DNA from: Candidatus Saccharimonadota bacterium
Lineage (GTDB): Bacteria > Patescibacteriota > Saccharimonadia > Saccharimonadales > Saccharimonadaceae
Assembly (NCBI GenBank): GCA_027450165.1
Contig: DAIDKE010000001.1
Coordinates: 70,373-134,372, forward strand
Length of the DNA: 64,000 nucleotides
Direction of reading: 5' to 3'
Below are positions 33,899 to 44,050 of this stretch, in pieces (the first letter of the stretch is position 1; each line of letters starts with the position of its first letter). The notes beneath the pieces are model-generated. The model made no database searches. It was not told the origin of the DNA and worked only from the letters and a program-made list of their open reading frames with translations. Position numbers and translations under genes: made by a program.

Positions 33899-35686
33899 AT
33901 GCGTATTTCCGATGATACAATCGAAAAACTACTAGGACGCGCCAAATTAGCGACGCCCGATCAAATTCAAACCCTTAAAGAAGAGGCCACTCGGCTTAAA
34001 TTGCCGCTCCAAGATATTGTCTTGCAGCAGCAAGTTGCTACCGATCGCGACCTGGTCAAGGCGTTTTCTGACTTTGCCCAAATTCCATTTGTTGAACTAG
34101 ACCCGCAAAACATATCTAGTGATGTCTTAAATCAAATCCCAGAGCGTATCGCCAGACAATATAACGCCGTTCTATTTAAGATTGACGACGATGGCACGCG
34201 CCACTTGGCCATGGAAGACCCAGATGACGTCCAGGCGGTCAACTTCTTGCAAAAAGAAGTCGGTATTAATACCAAAATCTACATTGCCACTCGTCAAAAC
34301 ATCCTTTCTGCCCTTGAGAACTACCGCGGCGACGTTAACCAAGAGCTCAGCAGCGTCGTTGAATCACAGGAAGAAGAAACTCCAGCCGCCAGTCAAGCGA
34401 CCGTTAGCGAGCAAGATATCACCGAAGATTCTCCGATTGCTCAAACCGTCAACTTATTACTTGAATACGCCATTCGCTCGCATGCCAGTGACGTACACAT
34501 TGAACCGCGTGAGGATTTTGTGCGGGTCCGTTATCGTATCGACGGTGTTTTGCGTGAAGTAAACCGCCTACCATCAAATGTGATTGGGCCGTTAATTAGT
34601 CGCATAAAGATTTTGGCCAACCTAAAAATTGACGAACACCGTGTGCCGCAAGACGGACGATTTAAGATTACCGTCGGCGGCAAGGCCTATGCCCTGCGTG
34701 TCAGCGTGATGCCGGTCACCGATGGCGAAAAGATTGCGATGCGTATCCTGGATGAGTCCAGCCAAGCTGTGACGCTTGAGCAGCTGGGCTACTGGGGTTA
34801 CTCGCTTAAAACCATCAAACAAACGATGGTCGAACCGAACGGTATGGTCCTGCTAACCGGTCCAACTGGTAGTGGTAAGTCGACCAGCTTGTTTAGTATT
34901 TTGTCGATCCTCAACACCCCAGAGGTCAACATTTCGACCATTGAAGACCCGGTTGAGTACAAGATCATCGGCGTCAACCAGACCCAGGCCAACACCAAAG
35001 CCGGCATGACCTTCGCCAACGGCCTGCGTGCGATGCTGCGTCAAGACCCGAACATTATTATGGTTGGTGAGATTCGCGACTCTGAAACTGCCGACTTGGC
35101 AATCCAGGCCGCTCTAACCGGACACATGGTCTTTTCGACCCTGCACACCAACAACGCCGCCGGATCACTGCCGCGTCTGCTAGATATGGGCATCGAGCCG
35201 TTCTTGATAGCTAGCACTGTTCGCTCAACCGTTGGTCAGCGCTTGGTCCGACGCTTGCACCGAGCGTCTCGACAGGCCTACAATCCGACGCCCGAAGAAC
35301 AGCAAGAGATCATCAAACTGTTTGGCTTCCCGACCGATTCCGCTTTCAAAATGATTCACGAACTTGAAAAACAAGCCGCAGACGCAGGTATTGGAGGCGA
35401 CACGCCGCTTAGTACCGATGAAAATGGCATCAAGACGCTTTATCACGCCGATTCCAACTTTAACGAAGACGAGGCTAGCGACGGCTTCAAAGGACGCGTC
35501 GGTATCTACGAGACTCTATATAATTCACCAACTATCCAAAAAATGATTATTGCGCGCGCCACTAGTGCCCAGCTCCAAGAGCAAGCCATCAGCGAAGGCA
35601 TGATGACGATGCTGACCGATGGTTTAGTGAAGGCTCTGCGCGGCGAGACAACGATCGAAGAAGTTCTAAGGGTTAGTCGAGAATAA
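33899..35686 (+). CDS. pilB: type IV pilus assembly ATPase PilB (GspE family)
   Basis: 595 aa. T2SSE N-terminal domain, Walker A LLTGPTGSGKSTS, Asp box, Walker B IIMVGEIRD, His box TGHMVFSTLHTN. Confidence 0.9.
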   Translation: MRISDDTIEKLLGRAKLATPDQIQTLKEEATRLKLPLQDIVLQQQVATDRDLVKAFSDFAQIPFVELDPQNISSDVLNQIPERIARQYNAVLFKIDDDGTRHLAMEDPDDVQAVNFLQKEVGINTKIYIATRQNILSALENYRGDVNQELSSVVESQEEETPAASQATVSEQDITEDSPIAQTVNLLLEYAIRSHASDVHIEPREDFVRVRYRIDGVLREVNRLPSNVIGPLISRIKILANLKIDEHRVPQDGRFKITVGGKAYALRVSVMPVTDGEKIAMRILDESSQAVTLEQLGYWGYSLKTIKQTMVEPNGMVLLTGPTGSGKSTSLFSILSILNTPEVNISTIEDPVEYKIIGVNQTQANTKAGMTFANGLRAMLRQDPNIIMVGEIRDSETADLAIQAALTGHMVFSTLHTNNAAGSLPRLLDMGIEPFLIASTVRSTVGQRLVRRLHRASRQAYNPTPEEQQEIIKLFGFPTDSAFKMIHELEKQAADAGIGGDTPLSTDENGIKTLYHADSNFNEDEASDGFKGRVGIYETLYNSPTIQKMIIARATSAQLQEQAISEGMMTMLTDGLVKALRGETTIEEVLRVSRE

Positions 35687-36918
35687 TGGCAAACTTCAGC
35701 TACATCGCGCTTGATAGTCGCCAGCAGCCAGTCAACGGCAAGCTTGACGAACCAGATCGCGCCAGTGCTATTGCGGCCCTTGTCAAAGAGGGTTTAAGGC
35801 CGATCAGCCTTCACGAGATCACACTCGGCAGTAAATTTAGTTTTGATTTTCGAAAATACTTCGGTTCGCGCAAAGTCAAAGCCGACAATCTAGTCATGAT
35901 GACTAGGCAGCTCAGCGCCATGATCGGTGCTGGCGTGCCGCTTTTGCGGGCGCTTAACTCGCTGCAAGCTCACTCCGAGGACCCAGCCCTGTCAAAAGTG
36001 TTGGTAGTCGTTATCAAGGATGTTCAAGGCGGTATGTCACTGGGTGATGCTCTATCCAGGCACCCCGAAACCTTCAACGACGTCTACGTCAACATGGTCC
36101 GGGCCGGAGAGTCGGCCGGTATTCTAGACGACATCTTAAAGCGCCTGGCCTACCAGCAGGAAAAAAACTCTTCAATCCTCAAAAAGGTTCGCGGCGCCAT
36201 GGCCTACCCGACAGTTATTTTTTCTGTGACAGTCCTCGCATTTTTCGGCTTAATGATCTTCATTATTCCGCAAATTGGCAAAATCCTAACCGATTTGGGC
36301 GGCCCTAACGCTCACCTTCCGGGCATTACGCTCGTCATGCTTGGCATTAGCCATATTGTTGTTAACTTTTGGTTTATTATCTTTCCGGCACTTGGTGGTG
36401 CAATCTATGGTGTAATTCACTATGTCCACACCCCGCGCGGCCGTAACCAGCTGCACCATTTGGTTCTAAAGATACCCGGAATTAGTCCAATTGTGCGCAA
36501 AGTCGCCGTAGCCAGGTTCGCACGAACCTTTTCGGCCCTGATGGGCGCCGGCGTTGCCGTTCTAGAGTGTCTGCATGTGACAGCGCGCGCTATTGGTAAT
36601 GTGGTTTACGAAGAAGCCCTTAACGACGCCGCCAAACAGGTAAAAAACGGTAAACAATTATCGAACGTAGTCGCCAATAACCCCTTATTCCCACCAATCG
36701 TGTCACAGATGCTAGCCGTTGGTGAGGAGACCGGACAGACCGACGCTGTATTGGTTAAGGTGGCCGACTTTTACGAAGAAGAAGTCGACAACGCCATCAA
36801 TAGTCTTAGCTCGATTATCGAGCCAGTTATCATTATTTTAATGGGTAGCATGGTCGGATTAATTGCCGCCAGCGTTATGCTGCCAATTGCCGAACTTTCG
36901 ACGAGTATTCAGCAGTAG
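35686..36918 (+). CDS. pilC: type IV pilus platform protein PilC (GspF family)
   Basis: 410 aa. Two T2SSF repeats (LTRQLSAMIGAGVPLLRAL and FARTFSALMGAGVAVLECL) and 3 TM segments. Confidence 0.9.
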   Translation: MANFSYIALDSRQQPVNGKLDEPDRASAIAALVKEGLRPISLHEITLGSKFSFDFRKYFGSRKVKADNLVMMTRQLSAMIGAGVPLLRALNSLQAHSEDPALSKVLVVVIKDVQGGMSLGDALSRHPETFNDVYVNMVRAGESAGILDDILKRLAYQQEKNSSILKKVRGAMAYPTVIFSVTVLAFFGLMIFIIPQIGKILTDLGGPNAHLPGITLVMLGISHIVVNFWFIIFPALGGAIYGVIHYVHTPRGRNQLHHLVLKIPGISPIVRKVAVARFARTFSALMGAGVAVLECLHVTARAIGNVVYEEALNDAAKQVKNGKQLSNVVANNPLFPPIVSQMLAVGEETGQTDAVLVKVADFYEEEVDNAINSLSSIIEPVIIILMGSMVGLIAASVMLPIAELSTSIQQ

Positions 36919-36973
36919 CAAAGCCATAATGCTCATGCTACAATAGACAGGAATACTCTATTTGTGGGCATCA

Positions 36974-38029
36974 ATGGCAAAATTATTTTATACAAATAAA
37001 CCGGTTATTGGCCTTGATATCAGTACGACTGGTCTGAAGGTTATGTCGATCGACCCCAAAAGGTGGTTAGTACTTGGTTATGGGTCAATTGACCTAGATC
37101 CAGGCAAACTCAAGGAATCGCTTGAGACCAATACCACTTACCTGGCCGATAATATTCGGTTGCTGATGACCGAAAAAATCGTCGGCTCGCTGAACAGTAG
37201 TCGCGTCGTCATTGGTGTTCCAACGGCACGTACTTTTTCGCGTACCTTCACCCTGCCCGTATCAGCCGAAAAGACTCTCAAAGACGCCGTTGAGCTCGAG
37301 GCCGATCAGTACATTCCGCTGCCTAGCGAGACTCTTTACATGGATCACCAAGTGATTGAGCGCGGCAAGGACAATCTGACTGTTTTGATGAGTGCCATCG
37401 CCCGAGTGGTGATTGATAATATTATGTCAGCAGCCGATTCAGCCGACTTGATGCCAGTTCTGATTGAGCCTAGCATTAGCTCGGTCGGCCGCGTTTTGAC
37501 CGCTACCGAGGAAGGCAACCTGCCAACCGTCATCGTCGACATCGGCCCCGCCAGCACTGACATTGCAATCCTCGACAAAGGCAGCATTCGGGTCACCGGT
37601 GGCGTCGCCATCGGCGGCAACACTTTCACGCTCGATATCGCCAAACATTTAGGCGTCACTCTTGAGAATGCCCATCAGTTAAAGGTTCTTAACGGATTGG
37701 CAGCCGGACCGCGCCAGCAAAAATTATCGGCAGCACTTGAGCCAAGCCTTGAGCGTATCTTGGCCGAGACAAAGAAAGTTATCCGCTACTACAACGAGCG
37801 TATCTCACAAGACCGTAAACTTGAGCAACTGTTAGTAGTCGGTAGCGGCAGCAACTTGCCAGGCATCGGTGAATACTTCACCAACAGCTTAGTTATCGCC
37901 GCCCGAGTCGCTAGTCCATGGCAAAAGCTAGATTTCGGTAAGCTGCAAGAGCCACCAAAACAATTCCGCTCGCGTTACATTACAGTTGCCGGCCTTGCCA
38001 GCGTATTGCCCGGGAGTATCTGGAAATGA
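36974..38029 (+). CDS. pilM: type IV pilus assembly protein PilM (actin-like ATPase fold)
   Basis: IGLDISTTGLKVM, VIVDIGPASTDIAIL, LLVVGSGSNLPGIGEYF. The ATG at 36974 is preferred over the TTG at 36962. Confidence 0.8.
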   Translation: MAKLFYTNKPVIGLDISTTGLKVMSIDPKRWLVLGYGSIDLDPGKLKESLETNTTYLADNIRLLMTEKIVGSLNSSRVVIGVPTARTFSRTFTLPVSAEKTLKDAVELEADQYIPLPSETLYMDHQVIERGKDNLTVLMSAIARVVIDNIMSAADSADLMPVLIEPSISSVGRVLTATEEGNLPTVIVDIGPASTDIAILDKGSIRVTGGVAIGGNTFTLDIAKHLGVTLENAHQLKVLNGLAAGPRQQKLSAALEPSLERILAETKKVIRYYNERISQDRKLEQLLVVGSGSNLPGIGEYFTNSLVIAARVASPWQKLDFGKLQEPPKQFRSRYITVAGLASVLPGSIWK

Positions 38030-38598
38030 TCAACCTTCTGCCTTACGAAGAAAAACGCCAGATTCGCGCCTCACGACTGAATTCAATTTTGATGCGGTAT
38101 TTCGTCATTCTGTGGATAGGCGGATTCTTTGTGGCAGCCGTTTTTGGAACCTCGTACGTCACCCTTACTATGACAAAGACCAGCGCCGAATCACTCCTAA
38201 GCCAGAACCAAAGCAAGGCCTCGGCCTACACGTCGGTTCAGCAGCAAGCCGCCCAAATCAACGCCAACATTGCCGCGGCACGCAACGTTTTGTCGCAGCA
38301 GATCCTATATAGCAAGGTGCTGACCGGCATAGCTCAGGCCACACCTCAAGGTGTAATAATCGACAAGCTTAGCCTATCGCCGAGCACGTTCGGTACCGCA
38401 ATGTCCCTGCAAGCTTACGCGCGCAATTCTGACGCCGCCTTGGCCCTTAAAAACGCTTACCAAAGCTCACCAATCTTTTCAAACGTCAGCATCCAGAGTC
38501 TATCCGGCGGCACTAGCGGCAGTGGTAGTAGCCCGGTTCCGAATTACCCTGTCAGCATCACCTTAAACGTAACCATAAATAAGTATGCAGCCATATGA
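38026..38598 (+). CDS. pilN: PilN-like pilus assembly protein
   Basis: 190 aa. N-terminal INLLPYEEKRQ motif typical of PilN, then a single TM. ATGA overlap with pilM. Confidence 0.7.
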   Translation: MINLLPYEEKRQIRASRLNSILMRYFVILWIGGFFVAAVFGTSYVTLTMTKTSAESLLSQNQSKASAYTSVQQQAAQINANIAAARNVLSQQILYSKVLTGIAQATPQGVIIDKLSLSPSTFGTAMSLQAYARNSDAALALKNAYQSSPIFSNVSIQSLSGGTSGSGSSPVPNYPVSITLNVTINKYAAI

Positions 38599-39155
38599 GA
38601 AGTAATAAAAAATCAATGAGAGCCACTAGTCTGCGTAATACCTTGATCTTCTTGGTTTTATTGACCGTGGCAATCGCCATAGGCAGCTTCTATTTCGGCA
38701 GCATTTGGATTCATGACTACGCCGTTAGCGTCAATCAAACCGTCGCGAGCGCTACAAACTCAAAAACCGACGACGCATCCCTAAAAAAGCTGCAGAGCGA
38801 TATTGCCCAACAGCAATCAATTATCACCAAAACCCAGGCGCTGTTTACCGACCAAACAAGCTATCAAACACAGGTAGTTCAAGACGTTAGCCGTTATGCT
38901 GCCCAGCTGGGCATGCCAACACCTAGCTTTTCGTTCCAGACGGCCGGCACCGCAGCCGGCGCCACCAAGACAGCACCGGGTAACACGGTGACTGTAGCCG
39001 TCCAAAGTCCAATCGCTTACACAACCCTGCTAAAGTTCATCATGGCGATTGAGCAAAACATTCCAAAATTGCAGATCACCGGTATCAGTATTGGTCGTGC
39101 AGATGCCGGACAGGTTACGACCGACTCATTAACGATTCAGGTATTTACGAGGTAA
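38595..39155 (+). CDS. pilO: PilO-like pilus assembly protein
   Basis: 186 aa, single N-terminal TM, coiled-coil region. The position after pilN and the 4-nt overlap support the call. Assignment rests on context. Confidence 0.5.
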   Translation: MRSNKKSMRATSLRNTLIFLVLLTVAIAIGSFYFGSIWIHDYAVSVNQTVASATNSKTDDASLKKLQSDIAQQQSIITKTQALFTDQTSYQTQVVQDVSRYAAQLGMPTPSFSFQTAGTAAGATKTAPGNTVTVAVQSPIAYTTLLKFIMAIEQNIPKLQITGISIGRADAGQVTTDSLTIQVFTR

Positions 39156-39157
39156 AA

Positions 39158-39445
39158 ATGAAGACTTCAGTCAACCTATCGTCATTTTTCAAATCAATCT
39201 GGCACACAGTCGGACGTTTCAACATGACAATATTCATTTTGATAATTTTGAGCGCCCTAATCTATACGGTCATATCGGTCAATAACATTCTCAATCAGGC
39301 CGCCAACGACTCTAACTACACCAACAATACTTCCGTTAGTAGTATCGATTCATCGGTCGTAAATCAAATCAATCAACTTCACACCAGCGACACACCGCTA
39401 AATATTACGCTGCCCGACGGTCGCATTAATCCATTCAGTGAATAA
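39158..39445 (+). CDS. small single-TM protein of the pilus operon (PilP-like C-terminal R-x-NPF)
   Basis: 95 aa. Starts 2 nt after pilO-like. TM segment MTIFILIILSALIYTVI. Ends ...LPDGRINPFSE. Confidence 0.45.
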   Translation: MKTSVNLSSFFKSIWHTVGRFNMTIFILIILSALIYTVISVNNILNQAANDSNYTNNTSVSSIDSSVVNQINQLHTSDTPLNITLPDGRINPFSE

Positions 39446-39481
39446 GTTGCTCGCCCCGGCTAAAATGCATATACTAGGGTT

Positions 39482-40069
39482 ATGCTAATTCTTGGTTCAC
39501 GTCTTAATTCTACCCCCATCATGAGTCTTCAGACTGGTGCGCGTTTGGCTGTAACCGCCCGACCAATTATTGACCCCGGCACGCTCAAAATCTACGCCTA
39601 TGAGCTCGCTGGGCCGCTTTTGACGCATACGCCATCGTACCTGCGCACCGAAGATGTGCGCGAGCTTGGCCAAATTGGCATGATTGTCGACAGCAGCGAT
39701 GAATTTGTTACACCCGAAGATATTATTAAATTGCGCGAACTGATTGACCTAGGCTTTCCGCTGGTCGGCATGAATGTGGTTGACGATTTCAAGCGCAAGC
39801 TCGGCAAGGTCGAGGATTACACCATCGACACCAAAAGCTTTATGGTACAGCAATTAAACGTCCGCCGTGGCTTTTTGCGCGGCATAACCGACACCGGACT
39901 ATTGATTCATCGGTCACAAATTGTCGAGATTAACGATGACGCAATTATCGTGCACACTAACGCTCGACAGGTCAAACAACGGGCAAGCGACGAATTGCGC
40001 CAGGCCTTTGTTAACCCATTTCGCAACGAACAGCCGTCAACCCAAGCCGACCCGACTAGTCGTCGTTAG
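39482..40069 (+). CDS. PRC-barrel-like domain protein
   Basis: 195 aa. The N-terminus LGSRLNSTPIMSLQTGARLAVTARPIIDPGTLKIYAYEL resembles PRC-barrel proteins, and a second similar segment occurs at residues ~95-150. Confidence 0.4.
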   Translation: MLILGSRLNSTPIMSLQTGARLAVTARPIIDPGTLKIYAYELAGPLLTHTPSYLRTEDVRELGQIGMIVDSSDEFVTPEDIIKLRELIDLGFPLVGMNVVDDFKRKLGKVEDYTIDTKSFMVQQLNVRRGFLRGITDTGLLIHRSQIVEINDDAIIVHTNARQVKQRASDELRQAFVNPFRNEQPSTQADPTSRR

Positions 40070-40700
40070 TATCTGAGGCTAGGGCCGTTCGCACATCATC
40101 ATAACTAAAGCCTTGGCGAACTAAATAGGCCATCAACTTCTGGTCATCGGCATAGCGATTGCGTTTCTTGGCTATTACCTTTTGCAGTTCTTCACCGTCG
40201 CTGCGGCCGGTTTCTTCCAGTAAACGATTGATAAGCGCCGACTCAACACCTTTGGCGCGCAGCTCGGCCTGCAGCTTACGACGGCTAATTCCTTTGATTT
40301 GATTGCGATTTTCAATCCAAAATTGGGCGAATTTTTCATCGTCAATATAGCCCTTGGCGCTTAGCCGATCAAAGACCCTGGCGGTTAGCCGCGGAGTCGC
40401 GCCTTTCTTGACATCGCCAGTCTTAGTTCGAGTGTCGCGCGTCTTACGGTATAGATAATCGCGAACTTCTTTGGTCGATCGCGGCCGCGCCAAGGCATAT
40501 TCCAGGGCGCGCGTATAAATCTTGCCGAACTGGCTTTCTTCTTCAAGGGCCGCCATTTCGACGTCGGTATACTCCCGGCCAACTTTAATACCCAAATCGC
40601 CAAGCTGTAAGATGTCCAAAGAAAAGCGAAACTTACCGTCAACCATAATGTTGACGCGGTCCTTATCACGAATTTGTGCGGTAATAGCGGTGATTTTCAT
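40056..40700 (-). CDS. recX: recombination regulator RecX
   Basis: 214 aa, immediately downstream of recA. Three-helix repeats (ALEYALARPRSTKEVRDYL, VFDRLSAKGYIDDEKFA, AYLVRQGFSYDDV). Confidence 0.8.
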   Translation of the reverse strand: MKITAITAQIRDKDRVNIMVDGKFRFSLDILQLGDLGIKVGREYTDVEMAALEEESQFGKIYTRALEYALARPRSTKEVRDYLYRKTRDTRTKTGDVKKGATPRLTARVFDRLSAKGYIDDEKFAQFWIENRNQIKGISRRKLQAELRAKGVESALINRLLEETGRSDGEELQKVIAKKRNRYADDQKLMAYLVRQGFSYDDVRTALASDTNDD

Positions 40701-40725
40701 AGATTAACCACCCAGCGAAAGTTAA

Positions 40726-41805
40726 CTAAGCTTCGGTCTCGTCGGCCGCAGGCTTAACTTCATCTTCTGTAGCTTCGGCGCTTACCTTGGCGCGAACTTT
40801 CTTGTCAATTTCATCAAGAACTTTTCGATTTTCAGCCAGATATTGTTTGGCGGCTTCACGGCCCTGGCCAATCTTACCGTCGTTGTAGTCAAACCAAGCA
40901 CCAGATTTACCGACAATACCGTGCTGAACGGCTAGATCAAGCACGTCACCAGTGCGCGAAATACCTTCGTTATACATGATGTCGAACTCAGCGGCGCGGA
41001 ATGGTGGCGCAATCTTGTTCTTCACCACCTTAACCTTTGTCCGGTTACCTATCACCTCTTCGCCAACCTTAATTTGGCCGGTGCGGCGAATGTCCATACG
41101 TACCGAGGCGTAAAACTTCAAAGCATTACCACCGGTGGTTGTCTCTGGATTGCCAAACATCACACCAATCTTCATACGGATCTGGTTAATGAAGACAACG
41201 ATCGTCTTGGACTTATTGATGATACCGGTCAGTTTACGTAGCGCCTGGCTCATCAAACGAGCCTGCAAGCCCATGTGGCTGTCGCCCATATCACCTTCGA
41301 TTTCAGCCTGCGGTACCAAGGCGGCGACTGAGTCAACCACCACGATATCAACAGCGTTCGAGCGTACCAATGTCTCAACGATCTCAAGAGCCTGCTCGCC
41401 GTTATCTGGCTGCGAAACCAGCAGATTATCGGTATCAACACCAACACGGCGCGCATAAGCTGGGTCAAGCGCGTGCTCGGCATCGATAAAGGCTGCTGTA
41501 CCGCCCTGCTTTTGAATCTCGGCGATCGCATGCAAGGTCAAAGTTGTTTTACCAGAACTCTCTGGACCATAAATTTCGATGATTCGGCCCTTTGGATAGC
41601 CTCCGCCCAACGCCAAATCGAGGCTCAAAGCCCCACTGCTCACTAACTCAACGTTCACCGTGGTTGTGTCACCTAAACGTCGAATTGCCCCATCCCCAAA
41701 TTGCTTATTAATTTGTTCTTGCGCCAAACCAAGAGCTTTAAGCTTGCCCTCAGCTGCGATTGGTTTAGCGGTCGTGTCAGGTGTCCCTGCTTTTTTGGAT
41801 GGCAT
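40726..41805 (-). CDS. recA: recombinase RecA
   Basis: 359 aa. [30 protein letters not shown], and the L1/L2 regions ([19 protein letters not shown]). Confidence 0.97.
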   Translation of the reverse strand: MPSKKAGTPDTTAKPIAAEGKLKALGLAQEQINKQFGDGAIRRLGDTTTVNVELVSSGALSLDLALGGGYPKGRIIEIYGPESSGKTTLTLHAIAEIQKQGGTAAFIDAEHALDPAYARRVGVDTDNLLVSQPDNGEQALEIVETLVRSNAVDIVVVDSVAALVPQAEIEGDMGDSHMGLQARLMSQALRKLTGIINKSKTIVVFINQIRMKIGVMFGNPETTTGGNALKFYASVRMDIRRTGQIKVGEEVIGNRTKVKVVKNKIAPPFRAAEFDIMYNEGISRTGDVLDLAVQHGIVGKSGAWFDYNDGKIGQGREAAKQYLAENRKVLDEIDKKVRAKVSAEATEDEVKPAADETEA

Positions 41806-41895
41806 GTTGTTCCCTCGCTTTATTAACTCCTATTATTGTATCACGCACCCCCGTGACGTAGCAAATAGTGACCGTGTGTTATATACTATAATTTA

Positions 41896-42285
41896 ATGAA
41901 GCAAAAAGGCTTTACTGTTATTGAGTTGTTGTTTGTCGTGGTGCTGCTTGCCGGTGCCAGTATTTTGTTTTTTGTTCAAAAAAATAATATCCAAACCGCC
42001 GCTGCCGACAATCAGCGCAAGACGGCCATTAACGCGATCTACTACTCGCTTGAAGAGGTATATTACCCGGCCCACAAAGCCTACCCGCAAACCGTCAACG
42101 AAAAAGTCTTGCCATCAGTTGACCCTAGCTTATTTACCGACCCTAACGGCAAAAAGATTGGCGACGGCCAAAGCAACTATAGCTATAAACCAACCAACTG
42201 CACCGACGGCCAGTGCCAAAGCTACACCTTATCGACGACACTGCAAAACGAAGCCGACTACGTTAAGACAAATCGCAGCCACTAA
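41896..42285 (+). CDS. prepilin-type (type IV pilin-like) protein
   Basis: 129 aa. Signal MKQKG|FTVIELLFVVVLLAGASILF. Cys pair (TNCTDGQC). Confidence 0.7.
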   Translation: MKQKGFTVIELLFVVVLLAGASILFFVQKNNIQTAAADNQRKTAINAIYYSLEEVYYPAHKAYPQTVNEKVLPSVDPSLFTDPNGKKIGDGQSNYSYKPTNCTDGQCQSYTLSTTLQNEADYVKTNRSH

Positions 42286-42291
42286 ATTGAT

Positions 42292-42978
42292 TTATAAATC
42301 GACGTCGACCGGTCGGCCGTTTTTATAATCTTCGACGGCGTCATTAAGGCGCGCCACTTGGTCTCTTGGCGAGGCTACAAAGCTATAACGATAAGTATTC
42401 TCATCGCCAATTGTACTCAGGCGAAGCGAACCATAGTCAAAAATCATCTGTAAAATGCCGCTCTGGCTGTAACTGACATCTTCGATGTTAGCCAAATTAA
42501 TCGTTTGCTCACGGCGGCTAAACAAGCTCGTCTGAATCTCTTGAACGACAGTCTCATTGGTCAAAAAGAATTTGTTCTGCAGATAAACATAGCAGGCAAT
42601 AAACCCGCCAAGGGCGACCAGCAGCATAAACAGCGCAAAAGGCACAAAGACCGATGCTGCCGATGGCAAATCGGTAGAGTGTAGGCCAATCATCTCGGGG
42701 TTGGTCGCCAAACCAGAGTACCAGCCATAGAATATGCTGGCAGCCACCATCAGGATGGCCGTCAAAAATAAGACGCCGATTAGCCCAATTGGGTGGCGCC
42801 GCACCGAAGCAACAACATATTCACCCTCGCTTAAATTCAAAAAAGGATAACGCAGCTTTGAAACCTCATGCTTCCTGCGGACGGCATCGCTAATTTCAGG
42901 CTTCGCCGGTTCCAGCGAATGCTCCAAATGGACAACCTGCGGCTCCGCATGGGTGGTGTTCACATCTGCATCACTCAT
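42292..42978 (-). CDS. membrane protein with bacterial PH (bPH_2/YdbT-like) domain
   Basis: 228 aa. Two TM helices after LSEGEYVVASVRRHPIG, then a C-terminal PH-like segment. Confidence 0.5.
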   Translation of the reverse strand: MSDADVNTTHAEPQVVHLEHSLEPAKPEISDAVRRKHEVSKLRYPFLNLSEGEYVVASVRRHPIGLIGVLFLTAILMVAASIFYGWYSGLATNPEMIGLHSTDLPSAASVFVPFALFMLLVALGGFIACYVYLQNKFFLTNETVVQEIQTSLFSRREQTINLANIEDVSYSQSGILQMIFDYGSLRLSTIGDENTYRYSFVASPRDQVARLNDAVEDYKNGRPVDVDL

Positions 42979-43000
42979 AGTTATATTGTAGCATTATTTT

Positions 43001-44026
43001 TCACTTTTCAGCGGTATCAGATGGCGGCGTTTTGCCCATGTGTTTGTAGGCTTTGTGGGTAACCCTACGGCCGCGTGGCGTGCGCTCAATAAAACCAATC
43101 TGCAGCAAATAAGGCTCATAGAAATCCTCGATCGTCGACGCTTCGTCGCCGGTTAACGCGGCAATTGTCGTTAAGCCAACTGGGTTGGCGCCATAGTTCT
43201 CTATCATATTAGCTAGCAGGTTGCGGTCGCCCGAATCCAGACCAAGTTCGTCAATTTCGAGCAGCGCCAGAGCTTTGGTGGCGGTCGGTGCGTCAATGAT
43301 TCCATCACCATTAACATCGGCATAGTCGCGCACTCGCTTTAACAGGCGATTAGCTACTCGCGGTGTTAAACGTGCCCGTGTTGATAATAGTGCCGCGGCT
43401 TTTTCATCAATCGGCGTGTTCAAAATCTTTGATGCCCGGGCGATAATCCGGCCAATTTCATCTGGAGTATAAAATTCCAGGCGGTACAAATGCCCAAACC
43501 GGTCGCGAAGCGGTGCCGCTAAAGCACCAGTCCTGGTGGTGGCGCCAATCACCGTAAACTTCGGCAAATCCAAACGTACGCTGCGCGCCGCCGGACCCTT
43601 GCCGATCATAATATCAAGCTTGTAATCTTCCATGGCTGCATAAAGCACCTCTTCAACCGTGCGGCTTAAACGGTGAATTTCGTCGATGAATAAAATGTCG
43701 CCGTCTTGCAGGTTGGTCAGAATACTAGCTAAATCACCTGCCCGTTCAATCGCCGGTCCGGCTGTAATGCGAATGTTAGCGCCCATTTCATTGGCGATCA
43801 CCGCCGCCATGGTGGTTTTACCCAGTCCTGGCGGGCCATATAACAAAATATGATCAAGCGGTTCACCGCGTTTTTTGGCAGCCGCAATAGCCAGCTGAAG
43901 ATTTTTCTTCAACCGCTCCTGGCCGACATATTCACTAAAACTACCCGGTCGTAATGTAACTTCGATCAGGCGCTCGTCGTCATCTTCGGCATGTCCAGAC
44001 GTATCAACAATTCGTTCGATTGCCAT
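43001..44026 (-). CDS. ruvB: Holliday junction branch-migration ATPase RuvB
   Basis: 341 aa. [46 protein letters not shown]. Confidence 0.95.
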   Translation of the reverse strand: MAIERIVDTSGHAEDDDERLIEVTLRPGSFSEYVGQERLKKNLQLAIAAAKKRGEPLDHILLYGPPGLGKTTMAAVIANEMGANIRITAGPAIERAGDLASILTNLQDGDILFIDEIHRLSRTVEEVLYAAMEDYKLDIMIGKGPAARSVRLDLPKFTVIGATTRTGALAAPLRDRFGHLYRLEFYTPDEIGRIIARASKILNTPIDEKAAALLSTRARLTPRVANRLLKRVRDYADVNGDGIIDAPTATKALALLEIDELGLDSGDRNLLANMIENYGANPVGLTTIAALTGDEASTIEDFYEPYLLQIGFIERTPRGRRVTHKAYKHMGKTPPSDTAEK

Positions 44027-44050
44027 TACTTAATAGTATAACACCTCAGT

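Noticed and set aside
41921-42328. 135-aa alternative-frame ORF overlapping the prepilin-like gene 41896..42285
   Set aside because: The frame with the G|FTVIELL prepilin signal is clearly the real one. The alternative frame is basic low-complexity sequence.
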